Shown here: positions 1 to 11,137 of the stretch, in pieces
How the letters are laid out: each line of letters opens with the position of its first letter
Numbering within the stretch: the first letter of the stretch is position 1
NCBI RefSeq assembly: GCF_011386835.1
Contig: NC_088792.1
Coordinates: 228,842,001 to 228,906,000, forward strand
DNA length: 64,000 nucleotides
Direction: 5' to 3'
From: Chrysemys picta bellii
Lineage: Eukaryota
Translations under genes and position numbers: made by a program
Notes under the pieces: generated by a model
Seen by the model: only the letters and a program-made list of their open reading frames with translations
Told to the model about the DNA's origin: nothing
The model's database searches: none

Positions 1-30
1 TGTCTAACCTGTTCTAAAAAACCTCCACTA
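1..30 (-). mobile_element. CR1 LINE 3' fragment running off the window edge
   Basis: tgtctaacctgttctaaaaaacctcca matches the CR1 segment at about 32472-32500 (tgtctaacctgcttttaaaaatctcca). Confidence 0.5.
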
Positions 31-2290
31 CATGGAAAAAATAGCATCAGATTCTGACCCTGAACTGAAATGTTGTTTATATAGTTAATTTTCAAAGTTG
101 ATATGAAGACTGCCACGAAAGGCCAAAACGTTTGCCCCATGTAGGTGAAAGGTCATTTGACTGACCTATTGAGTAATTTTAAATCTCAGTTTCAGTTTAG
201 AATAAACAATTGCCAGTATTCTCTTGGCATTTTCAAAGTGATTGAGGTTGAGAGCCTGATCAGAAAAGTCTGCTTTTAAGAAAATGTAAATCGTTTCTCT
301 GATAAGATTTAAGTTTTTAAGACATTTATAACTGACCTAAATTAAAAAAAAATTACTTCCCTGAGCATGCCCACTTTTCTCTCAGTCTTGATGAGTTTCC
401 AGCAGTCATGGACACTATATATTTCATTTGAGCACCACTGGAAAAGGTGCATTAATATTACATGTGTTGAGTCCTGGACAATAAAGAAGGTCCAAGCTAT
501 GCAGTTTAAATAATCACAAATCACTACAGTGGTGCATAGAGTCTTGTATGAATGTCTTGCATGGGGATGATTTTCATTTGTGCCCCTAAAGGCTGGTGTG
601 AACTTTCAAATGTAGGATTTGGATGTTTTTTTCAGGGCAACCACATTTGAAAATTGGGGTTCAGGACCATTATTTTCAAAAATGACTAGAGTGTGATCTT
701 GATGATTCAGTTTTTGAATGCTCACCTAGAGACACCTTGAAGTTGCCTGATTTTCAAAGGATAGATGTGCAGCAATTGTCATGAGACTGTCTAGAATATC
801 TGCATTGTAGACATGACTCTATCAAATATGTAAAAATGTTTTTGTTTCTTTGGATGATTGTTTTATTTTATTTAAACTATCATTCTGAATTGATTGAGGA
901 GGGGAGGAATCCAGTTATTTCAAATCAAGATCACAAACTTCCCAATTTTCAAATGTGGTTCTTTAAAGTAGACATCCACATCTTTCCATTGGCTTCACTG
1001 GGCTTTGGATCGGGCCTTAAATGAAGAATTTTATATTATCAATATTATATCTTTTACAGATGGAAAACATCATGCATATGGATGAGTGTAATCTATTCCT
1101 TGTTTTATGGATTCACAGTCCATGCAAAACAAATCAATGTGATGATCCCGAATGAGCTGGATTATGCGAACCACGTTTATAGCTTCTATCGGTAGTTAAT
1201 GTTGTAACAACTATCCCATTTTAAGTAGTATTGAATCTCGTCTAACTTTGCCACATAAAACAAACAAAGCTTCTTTTGACCTAAAAATTCTCAGTTTAGT
1301 CCCAGGTCAAAGAAGATAATTTATTGGCAAGTCTTAAATAGATCAAACAAGCTGTTTTTTGAGTTTCAAGATAGCAAAAATCTAACATGTTTTTGACTTT
1401 TAGAGAATGAATTATATGAATTAACTCATTCTGTGACATTCCATCGAGACAATGAACTTGCATCAAATAGCTTTGCAAAGAACTGGATGTGTGCTGAAGT
1501 AACTAAGTCAGGCAGCCTGAGGAGAACTGGTTATTTGTTATATTGCTTACGTCACAGAAAGAATGTAGAGAACCGGTTCTAAATCAGCAGATCTTCGGAG
1601 AAATGGAGCAGCATCTGAGAAACTGAGGAACAGTACTTGATAGAGGTGGGTGAATAATGAAAAGATTAGCAAACATTTATTCATGTTAAAAACAATGATT
1701 CACTTCAGCTATAATCACAACCCTTTTTATTTATTGTCCTTCAACATGCAAACAAGTGACTTTTTTTAATTAATGGAAAGAGAGAGTTCTGTCTATGTAT
1801 TTACACTAAAAGTGTCATGAATACTCATACAAATATGTTTTCTCATGAATGTTTACCCCATAAGTGACTTCTTCAGTTCTTCCTCTGGTTTATAAAATCC
1901 ATTCAGTCATAGAGTAGAAACAATACCATGCGACTCAGGTAACAAACCACACCGTGCTAATAGGTTAATACTGATGTGAATAATTGACGTATACGTCCAG
2001 TGAATACATAGAGCTAATGAGTGATTCATAGGATGAAAATGGTTCACATAAACATAGTCAAATATTTTTAAACACTGAGCAAACTTACAAAAACTAGTCC
2101 TAGCCAAAAGCTGCAAGAAAGGAGAGGTGAGAAAATGATGAAAAATAGTTAACCAAACTTTTGTGAACTACATAAATATTTGGTTCAGTTTTGGAAAGTA
2201 CTTTTGCCAGGTTCAGTTCTGTTACACCAATGCAAATCTAGATTAGCTGATGTCAGTGGAGTTACTCCAGACTGACACCAATCTAACTGA

Positions 2291-4282
2291 GGCCCTGACT
2301 ACAATGGGATTTTAAGCACTGGTGTAGCTGTGTCAATGCAAACCCCTAGTGTAGACGTGATCTACATTGGTGCACTGCAGTTTGCACTGGTATTGTTTAC
2401 CCCATAAGGATGCAACCCCCTACTGATCTAAATGATTTACAATGATACAGTGCAATTTGTGCTAGTGCTACTTAGTCCACACCCATGCAACTTAGTGTAG
2501 ACACAGTTTACACTGAGGTAGTTCACCCTACACAGATGCAACCCCTGGTGTAGACACAACTTAAACTGGTGCAGTGCAGTTTGTACCAGTGCATAGTGTC
2601 ATAGATTCCAAAGCCAGAAGGTACCATTGTGATTATCTAGACTGACCTCCCAATTTTTGTGTCATTAACTTTATCAGTGATGATTTTATGTTTTCTTCCA
2701 GGTCACTAATAAAAATTTAAGTAGCGTAGGGCCAAAAATGTTTCCCTGTGGGACCCCACTAGAAACACACCTGTTCAATTATGATTCCCTATTTACAGTT
2801 ACATTCTGAGACCTATCACTCGGCCAGCTTTTAATCCATTAATGTGTGCCATGTTAATTTTTTATCTTTCTAGTTTTTTAAATCAAAATGTCACGTGATA
2901 CCAAGTGAAATGTCTTACAAAACACTATTACCTTTATCAACAAACTTGTAATCGCATCCAAAAAAGATACCAAGTTAGTTTGACAGAATCTATTTTCCAT
3001 ATATTGATTAGCATTAATTATAGTGCCTTCTTTAAATTCTTTATTAATTAAGTCCCATATCAGCTGCTTCATTATCTTGCTAGGGATCAATATCAGGCTG
3101 ACAGGCCTATAATTAGTTGGGTTATCCCATATATCGTTTTTAAATATTGGCAAAACATTAGCTTTCTTCCACTTCCTTGGTGTTCCAAGACTTATTGAAA
3201 AACAACATTAATGGTCTAGTGAATTCCTCTGCCAGCTCTTTTAAAACTCTTGGATGGAAGTTATTTGGACCTGCTGATTTAAAAATGTCTACATTTAATA
3301 ACTGCTGCTTAACATCATTTTGGAATAGTAGTGGAAAGGAAAGAGTGTTACCATATGATATGTCTACATCATCATTTCCCCCCCAAATACAAAACAGAAA
3401 TATTTATTGAACACTTCTTCCTTTTTTGCATTATTATTGACAACGCTATCATTTCCAGCTAGTAATGGACCAAAACCATTATTAGGATTCTTTTTGTCCC
3501 TAATATATTAACCCCCCTATTCTTATTGTCCTTAACTCTGCTGCCCATGGATGTCTCCTTATCTCCTTTTGCTTCCTTTATCAGTTTTCTAGAATTCCTA
3601 GCTTCTGATTTATATTCATTATTATGAATGTCCCCTTTCTTCCATTTGTTATATATTATTGTTTGTTTTTTTTATAGCTGCCTTCACGTTCCCTCTAAAC
3701 CAAATCATTTTTTTAACCAATATGGCCTTCTTTCTCGATTGTGGCTTTGGGGGCATCTAGTAAAGTGTTCTTAAATTCCCAATTATTATTCACATTTTTC
3801 CGATTAAATTCTTCCTCCCAGCTGATTTGGCTTATAATTGTTTTCAGCTTTGTGAAATTGGCCCTTTTAAAGCACTAAGTGTATATATTACTGGACTGCT
3901 CTTTATTCTCTTTGTGCAATATAAATGTGATCAAATCATGATCACTTGTACGTAAGTTACCTTTAATTTTTAGTCCCTATTTACTGTCAAGATGAGGTCT
4001 AATATAGAATTCTCCCATGTTGGACACAGCATTATTTGAGTTAGGAAATTGTCATCTATAATATTTAGAAATTCCAAGGACGCAGCATGAGACTTCCGGC
4101 ATATTTCACTCAAATTGAAGTCCCCCATGATCACACAGGTTTTTTTCTCCCTGCTGCTCATTTTGATACAAATCTTGTTGCACTGATTTAAACCATGTGT
4201 ATGCCGGGCGGAGGGGGGATGGATGGCAGTGGTGCACAAGCCCAGCTGCTTTGGTGGCTAAAACCCTAGTGTAGACAAGACC
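2291..4282. mobile_element. PIF/Harbinger non-autonomous element split by a CR1 insertion
   Basis: Left end ggccctgactacaatgggattttaagc; right end reverse-complements to ggtcttgtctacactagggttttagc. TGA on both flanks (2288-2290, 4283-4285). Internal repeats of cccctagtgtagac. Confidence 0.7.
2599..4160 (-). mobile_element. CR1 LINE, 5'-truncated, internally deleted, decayed ORF2 (EN and RT)
   Basis: Minus-strand peptides CVIMGDFN...SILDLILT (endonuclease) and NYRPVSLILIPSKIM...CQTNLVSFLD (RT). SGVPQG-like codons at about 2745-2765. CR1 3' tail catagattccaaagccagaagg at 2600. Confidence 0.92.
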
Positions 4283-4293
4283 TGAGAGACAAG

Positions 4294-4591
4294 GGGCTGG
4301 TCTACACTGCGGGGGGGGGAGATCATTCTAAGATACGCAACTTCAGCTACGTGAATAGCGTAGCTGAAGTCGAAGTATCTTAGATTGATTTACCTGGGGT
4401 CCTCACGGCGCAGGATCGATGGCTGCGGCTCCCCCGTCGACTCCGCTACCGCCGCTCACTCCGGTGGAGTTCTGGATTCGACGGGGAGCACGTTCAGGGA
4501 TCGATATATCACGTCTTAACAAGACGCGATGTATCGATCCCCGATAAATCGATCGCTACCTGCTGATATGGCGGGTAGTCTGGACGTACCC
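4294..4591. mobile_element. PIF/Harbinger MITE
   Basis: Imperfect TIRs gggctggtctacact / gggtacgtccagact; 3-bp TSD AAG (4291-4293, 4592-4594). CpG-rich with internal hairpins (cttcagctacg..cgtagctgaag). Confidence 0.85.
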
Positions 4592-6034
4592 AAGGAAATG
4601 TGCCACAGCAGACATCCTGAAAAGAATAGGGCAGTGCCGTGAAAGTGACTTAGAAGTAAAGGAAAAGGGGACTAGACTGAAGTGAATGAAACTATTATCT
4701 GAAATAGATTTGGGTGAAAATATTGCATGAAGTAATTGTGATTATACTTTGCTGCTGGTGTACCTATGTTACTGTGCAGCAGCTGAAGCCTCCAGGAGGC
4801 ATTTCTCCTTACTAAGCCAGAGTGCCTCACTGGGGTCTCCCAGACAATTTGGAGTGTATCTGTATGTAAGCATACCACACTCTTCACCATGATATGAGTC
4901 TTTCTCTCTCTCCACCCAGACAGCTATTTTAGCCAGTGTGGTGAATGGCAGAGGCATGGCCCCACCCATGTTCTGGCAGCTAGCATCCACTGGGGGGCTA
5001 GGAAGGGGCAATCACATTGTGCTAGGCGCATACATAGGGATTCAAGGGGTAGGAGGAAGAAGCACATTGTTCCCCCTCCTCCATCTGCATACCACCTCCT
5101 GGAGGGGTGGGGCCACAGTTTGGCCCTAATTGATCAGGATTAATGTTATACCTGATGGCACAAGAAAATAATGGATGCTCATATCAGTAAGAGAGACACC
5201 CTAAAGATTTTTGCATTTAAATAAGATGTATGGAATTACAAAGTTGTATCTGGAAATGATTTAAAAACCAGAAAGTTTACTGAGACTATATTCAAAAATA
5301 CAAGATGAGACTAGAAAAAGAATTACTGAGCAGATTTAGAGATATATCATTTCTTTCTTTCACTTAATATTCAATGAGTCAGTCTTTGCTGTCTGGAACA
5401 CATTGAATTTAAACAAGAATTTGGCTTTAATACAAAAATTAGTACCATAATCAGCCACAAATGAATGTTAACTGAAGACTCCATCACAGAATGCATCTTC
5501 CAAAAGGGCTTATCTGCATATGTTTATCTCTAAAATAGATAGCCTTCTCAAAATTGTGCCAATCAAAAATCAGCACATCAAAACTTCAGTGGCATGCAAC
5601 CCCTGTGAAGTTTAGTCCTGGTGCTGCAACCCCAGTAAAGAAACCAAAAAGCCTTCAGCAAAGAATTTTTGTTTTTTGAGGTTTTTTTTGGCTGAAATAC
5701 AAAAACTGCATTAAATGTATTCAGTGAATAGGACAGTATTAAAATTCTGAGAAAAAATAGTGTTTTTCCATCACAAAATGGGAATCTACTTAATTCATAT
5801 TTTACCTGCTGATACTTTTGGGTTCATGTGGGATCACACACATCTAAAAATACACCTACTGACCCATATATATTCCCATTGAAAGGGTTCAGAGTGGCTG
5901 ATGTTCCACACACTCACTCATATACACACACAAATACACATTCCTTGAATTTTTATGGGCCCAACAAAAATGGCATATTGTAATGGTGGTAGAAAATACA
6001 ACACATTCAATTTTTATTTCGAGTTTCAGATTTT

Positions 6035-6390
6035 GGTTTTTAAAATTTCTTAATGAATGTTGCGCCCATTTAAAGTACTGGTTTGGTAACCCTGGAAACT
6101 GAAGTCCTCTATCCACAAAACAGCCATGGCATGGACAGTGAAAGTGTAAGCTTCCACACACCACCTTGCTAGAATGCCTCAGCCCTAATGTGGAGGGAGC
6201 ATCCATGGGGTAAGTGGCTAGTTCAGTTTCCATACTTTTTCAGTCCCGGTCCTGCAGGTTGGCACTACCAGTGATGATATTGATTTGGCTAAAGTGAGAT
6301 GTTGACATGTCCCCCTCAGAACTGGAGTGAAATCATCAACTTATTTCACATAGACCACATAACAGCCATGAGATGGTAACATGTTACCAG
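6035..6390 (-). mobile_element. LF-SINE-like ancient SINE
   Basis: Colinear with my recollection of the LF-SINE reverse complement: actgaagtcctct, tagttcagtttccat, cttatttcacatagaccac, aacagccatgagatggtaa. Confidence 0.7.
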
Positions 6391-6794
6391 TCCCTTTTGC
6401 CATTTTGACTCCAAATAAATAAATTTTCACTGTATATGGAAATTAAATCCATAGTTAAATGCCTCTGTTATTTCATATGGGTCTCTTTAAGGTCTCTGCT
6501 TATGTCAGAAAACCTCTCTCTGTTTCCAGGGCTGAAGAAATCAGCAGTTGGGATGGACATATCTGCCAATAATAAGAAAACTATGCAACCTTCTTATGAA
6601 GGTGAAATGCAAAGGATTTGTACACTATAAAAATAAAATGAAGTATTATACAGTCCCAAGTTTCTGATCCTACAATCTCTTCTATCCCCTACAATCAAGA
6701 GGAGTGCCTTATGCCAAGAGACTACAAGAACTGTCCCACAGATTGGTTTTTCCAAATCTGATCATCGTGTATGATCAGACACTTGGAATGATCA

Positions 6795-7595
6795 ATTTGT
6801 GGACCTGCAGGACATGGAAGTCATGTATAATATAAAGAATGATATAGACAAGGTAGATTTTGAATTTCTGTTCTGTCATCACAACAGAAGAACAAGGGGA
6901 CAGTCAATACAATTCAAAGATGGGAAATTCAAAACTGATAAAAGTAAATACTTTTTCATAGTATGAGGGGGTAGCCGTGTTAGTCTGTATCCACAGAAAC
7001 AACAAGGAGTCTGGTGGCTCCTTAAAAACTAAACAGATTTATTTGGGCATAAGCTTTCGTGGGTAAAAAACACTTCTTCAGTTGCATGGAGTGGAAATTA
7101 CAGATGCAGGCATTATATAATTAATTTTCACTCCATGCATCTGAAGAAGTGTTTTTTTACTCACGAAATCTTATGCCCAAATAAATCTGTTAGTCTTTAA
7201 GGTGCCACTAGACTCGTTTTTGTTTCTACTCTTTCATACAACATGCAATTAAACTGTGGAACTCATTGCCACAGGAAGTCCTGGAGGCCAATAATTTAGC
7301 AAGATTGAAAAAAAAAAGATTGGATATTTATATGGATAGCAAGAATATCCAAAGTTGTCATAATTAATTATAAAAATTTAGCTTAAGGGGATATTAAACC
7401 TCATCTGTCAGGGCTTAAGCCAATCTCTGTCTCTTATAGATAAGAATGAGTCCTAACATAATTACCCCACATCAGCCTACTGCAAGATTCTCACACCTTT
7501 CTGAAGCATCTGGTTATTATGACCATTGCTGGGGACAGGATACTGGACTAGATGGAGCTTGGTCTGATCCAGTTGGATATCTCCTATATTCCTAA
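6795..7595 (+). mobile_element. Old CR1 3' fragment (ORF2 C-terminus and 3' UTR) interrupted by a Penelope-like insertion
   Basis: RTRGQSIQFKDGKFKTDKSKYFFI | QHAIKLWNSLPQEV reads through once 6961-7238 is removed. 3' UTR caggatactggactagatgga..gtctgatccag. Confidence 0.85.
6961..7226. mobile_element. Penelope-like element terminal fragment, forward plus inverted arm
   Basis: gtagccgtgttagtctgtatc..gcataagctttcgtggg followed by its inverted copy. TSD tactttttcata / tactctttcata (6949-6960, 7227-7238). Confidence 0.8.
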
Positions 7596-8414
7596 GACAT
7601 TTGCATGTTTTATTTTTTATACAACCACACTTTAACCTATGGGTCTAGTGGCAATTAGTGAATTTTCAAATGAACAGAAAACTGGCTCAGTTATAGAAAA
7701 TAGCACAATATGATATTTATGAAGTGCCAATTTTGTGTAATTAGAGAAAAATCAGTAATTATCTGTGGATCTATTCATTAATATTTGAATGTAGGTAAAT
7801 AGAAATGTCATTTATTCATTAAAATTGAAGAAAACAAAAGAATAGCTGATGATTATTATGCATTTGATTCTAGCTCCATGTATCTTGAAACGAGGTGGTT
7901 AAGATAATGGCACTAGTAGCGCTCAGCTGAATATAGGTTGCTTTCTTTGATGTGTCGGATAATGTTCTGCTGCTGTATAATAATAATGCCAACAACCACA
8001 GTAAGAAAAAAAAATGACAGCATGAGAATTAATCGCTTAATAGCTGTAACTATTAGTATAAGGCAAAAGTGATCCCACTAAGTTATATAAAGGTCACAGG
8101 CCTCTTGGTTTATTTACTACCATGAAAAGGGCCATTTATCACCACTTAATTATCACCACCATACAACATAATTTTTGTTATGTGATATGTATGTGAGTAA
8201 AAGTATTCCAAACAGACAATCAAGCTCTGAGTTGATCAAAGTGCCACTGAGAAAATGTGTAAATGCCTTATAAATCTCATTACAAATAACTGCTATGAAT
8301 TGTGATCCTGAGACAGAATGTTTCTGAGTGTTTGAACCCAACTATTAAATTTTTATCGTCTTTAGTAATTTTAAAGGTAAAGCTGACTCATGGTCCTGAA
8401 TGCAGCTCTATAAT

Positions 8415-8925
8415 CAGGGCCGGCTCTGGCTTTTTTGCTGCCCCAGGCAAAAAAGCCTCCCGCCGCCCCCTGCCCCTGGCGGAGAGCGCGGCAGGGGAGG
8501 GCGCCGAGCCCGGCCACGGGCCCGCTCTCCCCGACCAGCCAGAGCGCTGGGGCGACGGCGGAGAGCCCGGCCGCAGCTCCGCTCTCCCTGGTGGCCGGCG
8601 AGCCCACCGCGGCTCCGCTCTCCCCGGCGGCCAGAGCGCCGGGGGGAAGGCGGAGATCCCGGCCGGGGCTCCACTCTCCCCGGCGGCCAGAGCGCCGGGA
8701 GAAGGGCGGCGAGCCCACCGCGGCTCCGCTCTCCCCGGCGGCCAGAGCGCCGGGAGAAGGGCGGCGAACCTGGCCGGGGCTCCACCCTCAGCGGCGGCCA
8801 GAGCACCGCGGGGAGGGCGGCGAGCCCAGTCGCGGCCCCGCTCTTGGGCCGGAGCACCGCGCCGCCCCCCTGCAGGTGCCGCCCCAAGCACATGCTTGGT
8901 GGGCTGGTGCCTGGAGCCGGCCCTG
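8415..8925. mobile_element. hAT non-autonomous element with GC-rich internal minisatellite
   Basis: Perfect TIR cagggccggctc / gagccggccctg; perfect 8-bp TSD tctataat (8407-8414, 8926-8933). Tandem units containing ctccgctctccccggcggccagagcgccggg. Confidence 0.93.
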
Positions 8926-9303
8926 TCTATAATTACATGAGGAAGGCTATCAACTTCACAAATATAATTCAGGCACCCACAACTCACACCACTACAAGAT
9001 GTACTGAGCACTGTGGCCACCATCCAGCAAATCACGTAAACACACACTTACCTTTAAGCATGCGAGTACTGGTAATCCTATTGACTTCAACAGAATTTCA
9101 CCCATGCTTAAGCTGAATAGGGTCCAGAGCACTCAGCAATTTACCTGATTAGACAGTAAATCCTGGATGGGGGCAGAGTTTATTGAACCTTTTTCCACTA
9201 GATTCTTATGATTTCTTGTAAGATTTCAATTAATGTCATTTTCCTTTTGGGAGTTTGGTTACATCCTAAACTTTTATCAGACTAGATGCTTGTTTTTAGC
9301 CCT

Positions 9304-10120
9304 TGTCATAACTATAAAGGGAAGGGTAACAGCTGTCCTGTGTACAGTACTATAAAATCCCTCCTGGCAGGAGACTCCAAAATCCTTTTCCCTGTAAAGG
9401 GTTAAGAAGCTCAGGTAACCTGGCTGGCATCTGACCTAAAGGACCAATAAGGGGACAAGATACTTTCAAATCTTGGGCGGGGGGGAAGGTTTTTGTTTGT
9501 GTTCTTTGTTTGGGTAGTGCCTTCGCTCTCGGGACTGAGAGGGACCAGACATCAATCCAGGTCCTCCACATCTTTCTAAACAAGTCTCTCCTATTTCAAA
9601 CTTGTAAGTAAATAGCCAGGCAAGGCGTGTTAGTTTTCCTTTGTTTTCTCAACTTGTAAATGTAACTTTTACTAGAGTGTTTATCTTTGTTTGCTGTACT
9701 TTGAACCTAAGACTAGAGGGGAGTCCTCTGAGCTCTTTAAGTTTGATTACCCTGTAAGGTTAATTTCCATACTGATTTTACAGAGATGATTTTTACCTTT
9801 TTCTTTAATTAAAAGCCTTCTTTTTAAGAACCTGATTGATTTTTCCTTGTTTTTAGATCCAAGGGGGTTGGATCTATATTCACCAGGAGTTGGTGAAAGG
9901 AAGGAGGGGGAATGGTTAATTTCTCCTTGTTTTAGATCCAAGGGGTTTGGATCTGTATTCACCAGGGAATTGGTGAAGGTTTTTCAAGGCTTCCCAGGGA
10001 GGGAATCCATTGGAAATGGTGGCAGCGGACCAGGGCTAAGCTGGTAGTTAAGCTTAGAAGTTTTCATGCAGGCCCCTACATTTGTACCCTAAAGTTCAAA
10101 GTGGGGATACAGCCTTGACA
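9304..10120. mobile_element. Solo LTR (probably Gypsy-type)
   Basis: TG...CA termini (tgtcataac..ccttgaca); 5-bp TSD gccct (9299-9303, 10121-10125); no internal coding region. Confidence 0.85.
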
Positions 10121-11022
10121 GCCCTTATAGAAAATTATTTCATTTTCTAGTAACTATTTTGTTGCACACTCACCGCAGATGGAGTTTTTGCAGGTAACTG
10201 GAGTAAATTTGCAGTATGTTTAAGGATTTTTATTATGGAAGTGTTGTTCACAACTGCACAGTTAAAGTTGCATTCCATTTTTGCACTTAAAACAAGGATC
10301 CAACCTCTTTATATGTATGAAGGCTATCTTCCCCAAAATAATAGCAATTGCTATTTGAACCTAGAATGAATGTTCTGAGAATTTACAAGTAAATCCAATA
10401 ATAAGTGTACACGTTAAAATTAATTAAACCCTGGCTCTTTTAAGAAACTGGGCATCTGTGTCAGTCTTTAGTTTGTCCTGAATGATCTTAATGGAATAAT
10501 GCAGATGCTTTATACTTTCCATATAATTCAAATTAATTGAAATCTTCTGCATAGGCTTTATGTGAGGAAATTAGGATGTAATTAAGATAGTTATTAATGA
10601 TTTTGTATCAAATTGTTCTGATTATGTGGGCTACTGACAGGTTTAGGTAACTCTTAAGTGAGTCCATTGTGATATCAGAAGTAACTCAGTGAATATCACT
10701 CATCCTCTACAGCTAATTTCAGTGCAACAGTTTTATTGGTTGTAATGACTCAGTGGTCTGAGGGAGAGTGGACATAGGTTAAGAGTTTTCACTGGTAGAC
10801 TAACTAGTGCAACTGTCACTGCTCTTTAAAGATTGTGTGGCTGTGTACAAGGTGGGCATCAGGGCTTGAAATCACAGCCACCTCAGCAGCATTGCCAGAG
10901 AAACTGAGGCAGGAGCCCAGATCCATTGGGATACAGGGATTAAGATCTCCCTAGCCCCCCTTCACATAGTGCTGGTCTCATTAACACAGCCCTCTAAAAC
11001 AAATAAGTCAATTGCAAATTAA

Positions 11023-11137
11023 GGGCCAGATTCACTGGTACCCTTCAGCTGCTTTCTGCTGCTGTGGTAATTCAAAGCATCTGTAAACTGTTTAACTGGC
11101 TGCTTGCATTCCTTGGGTGTATCTGTGAACCTGCCCT
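11023..11137. mobile_element. Short hairpin MITE (Harbinger-like)
   Basis: Ends gggccagattcac / gtgaacctgccct, flanked by TAA on both sides. Confidence 0.6.

Noticed and set aside
8560-8830. Regularly spaced repeats resembling a CRISPR array
   Set aside because: Units are contiguous degenerate tandem copies without unique spacers, in vertebrate DNA with no cas genes.
8302-9116. Six overlapping ORFs of 115-238 aa on both strands
   Set aside because: They arise from the stop-poor GC minisatellite inside a TIR/TSD-bounded hAT MITE; the peptides are low-complexity.
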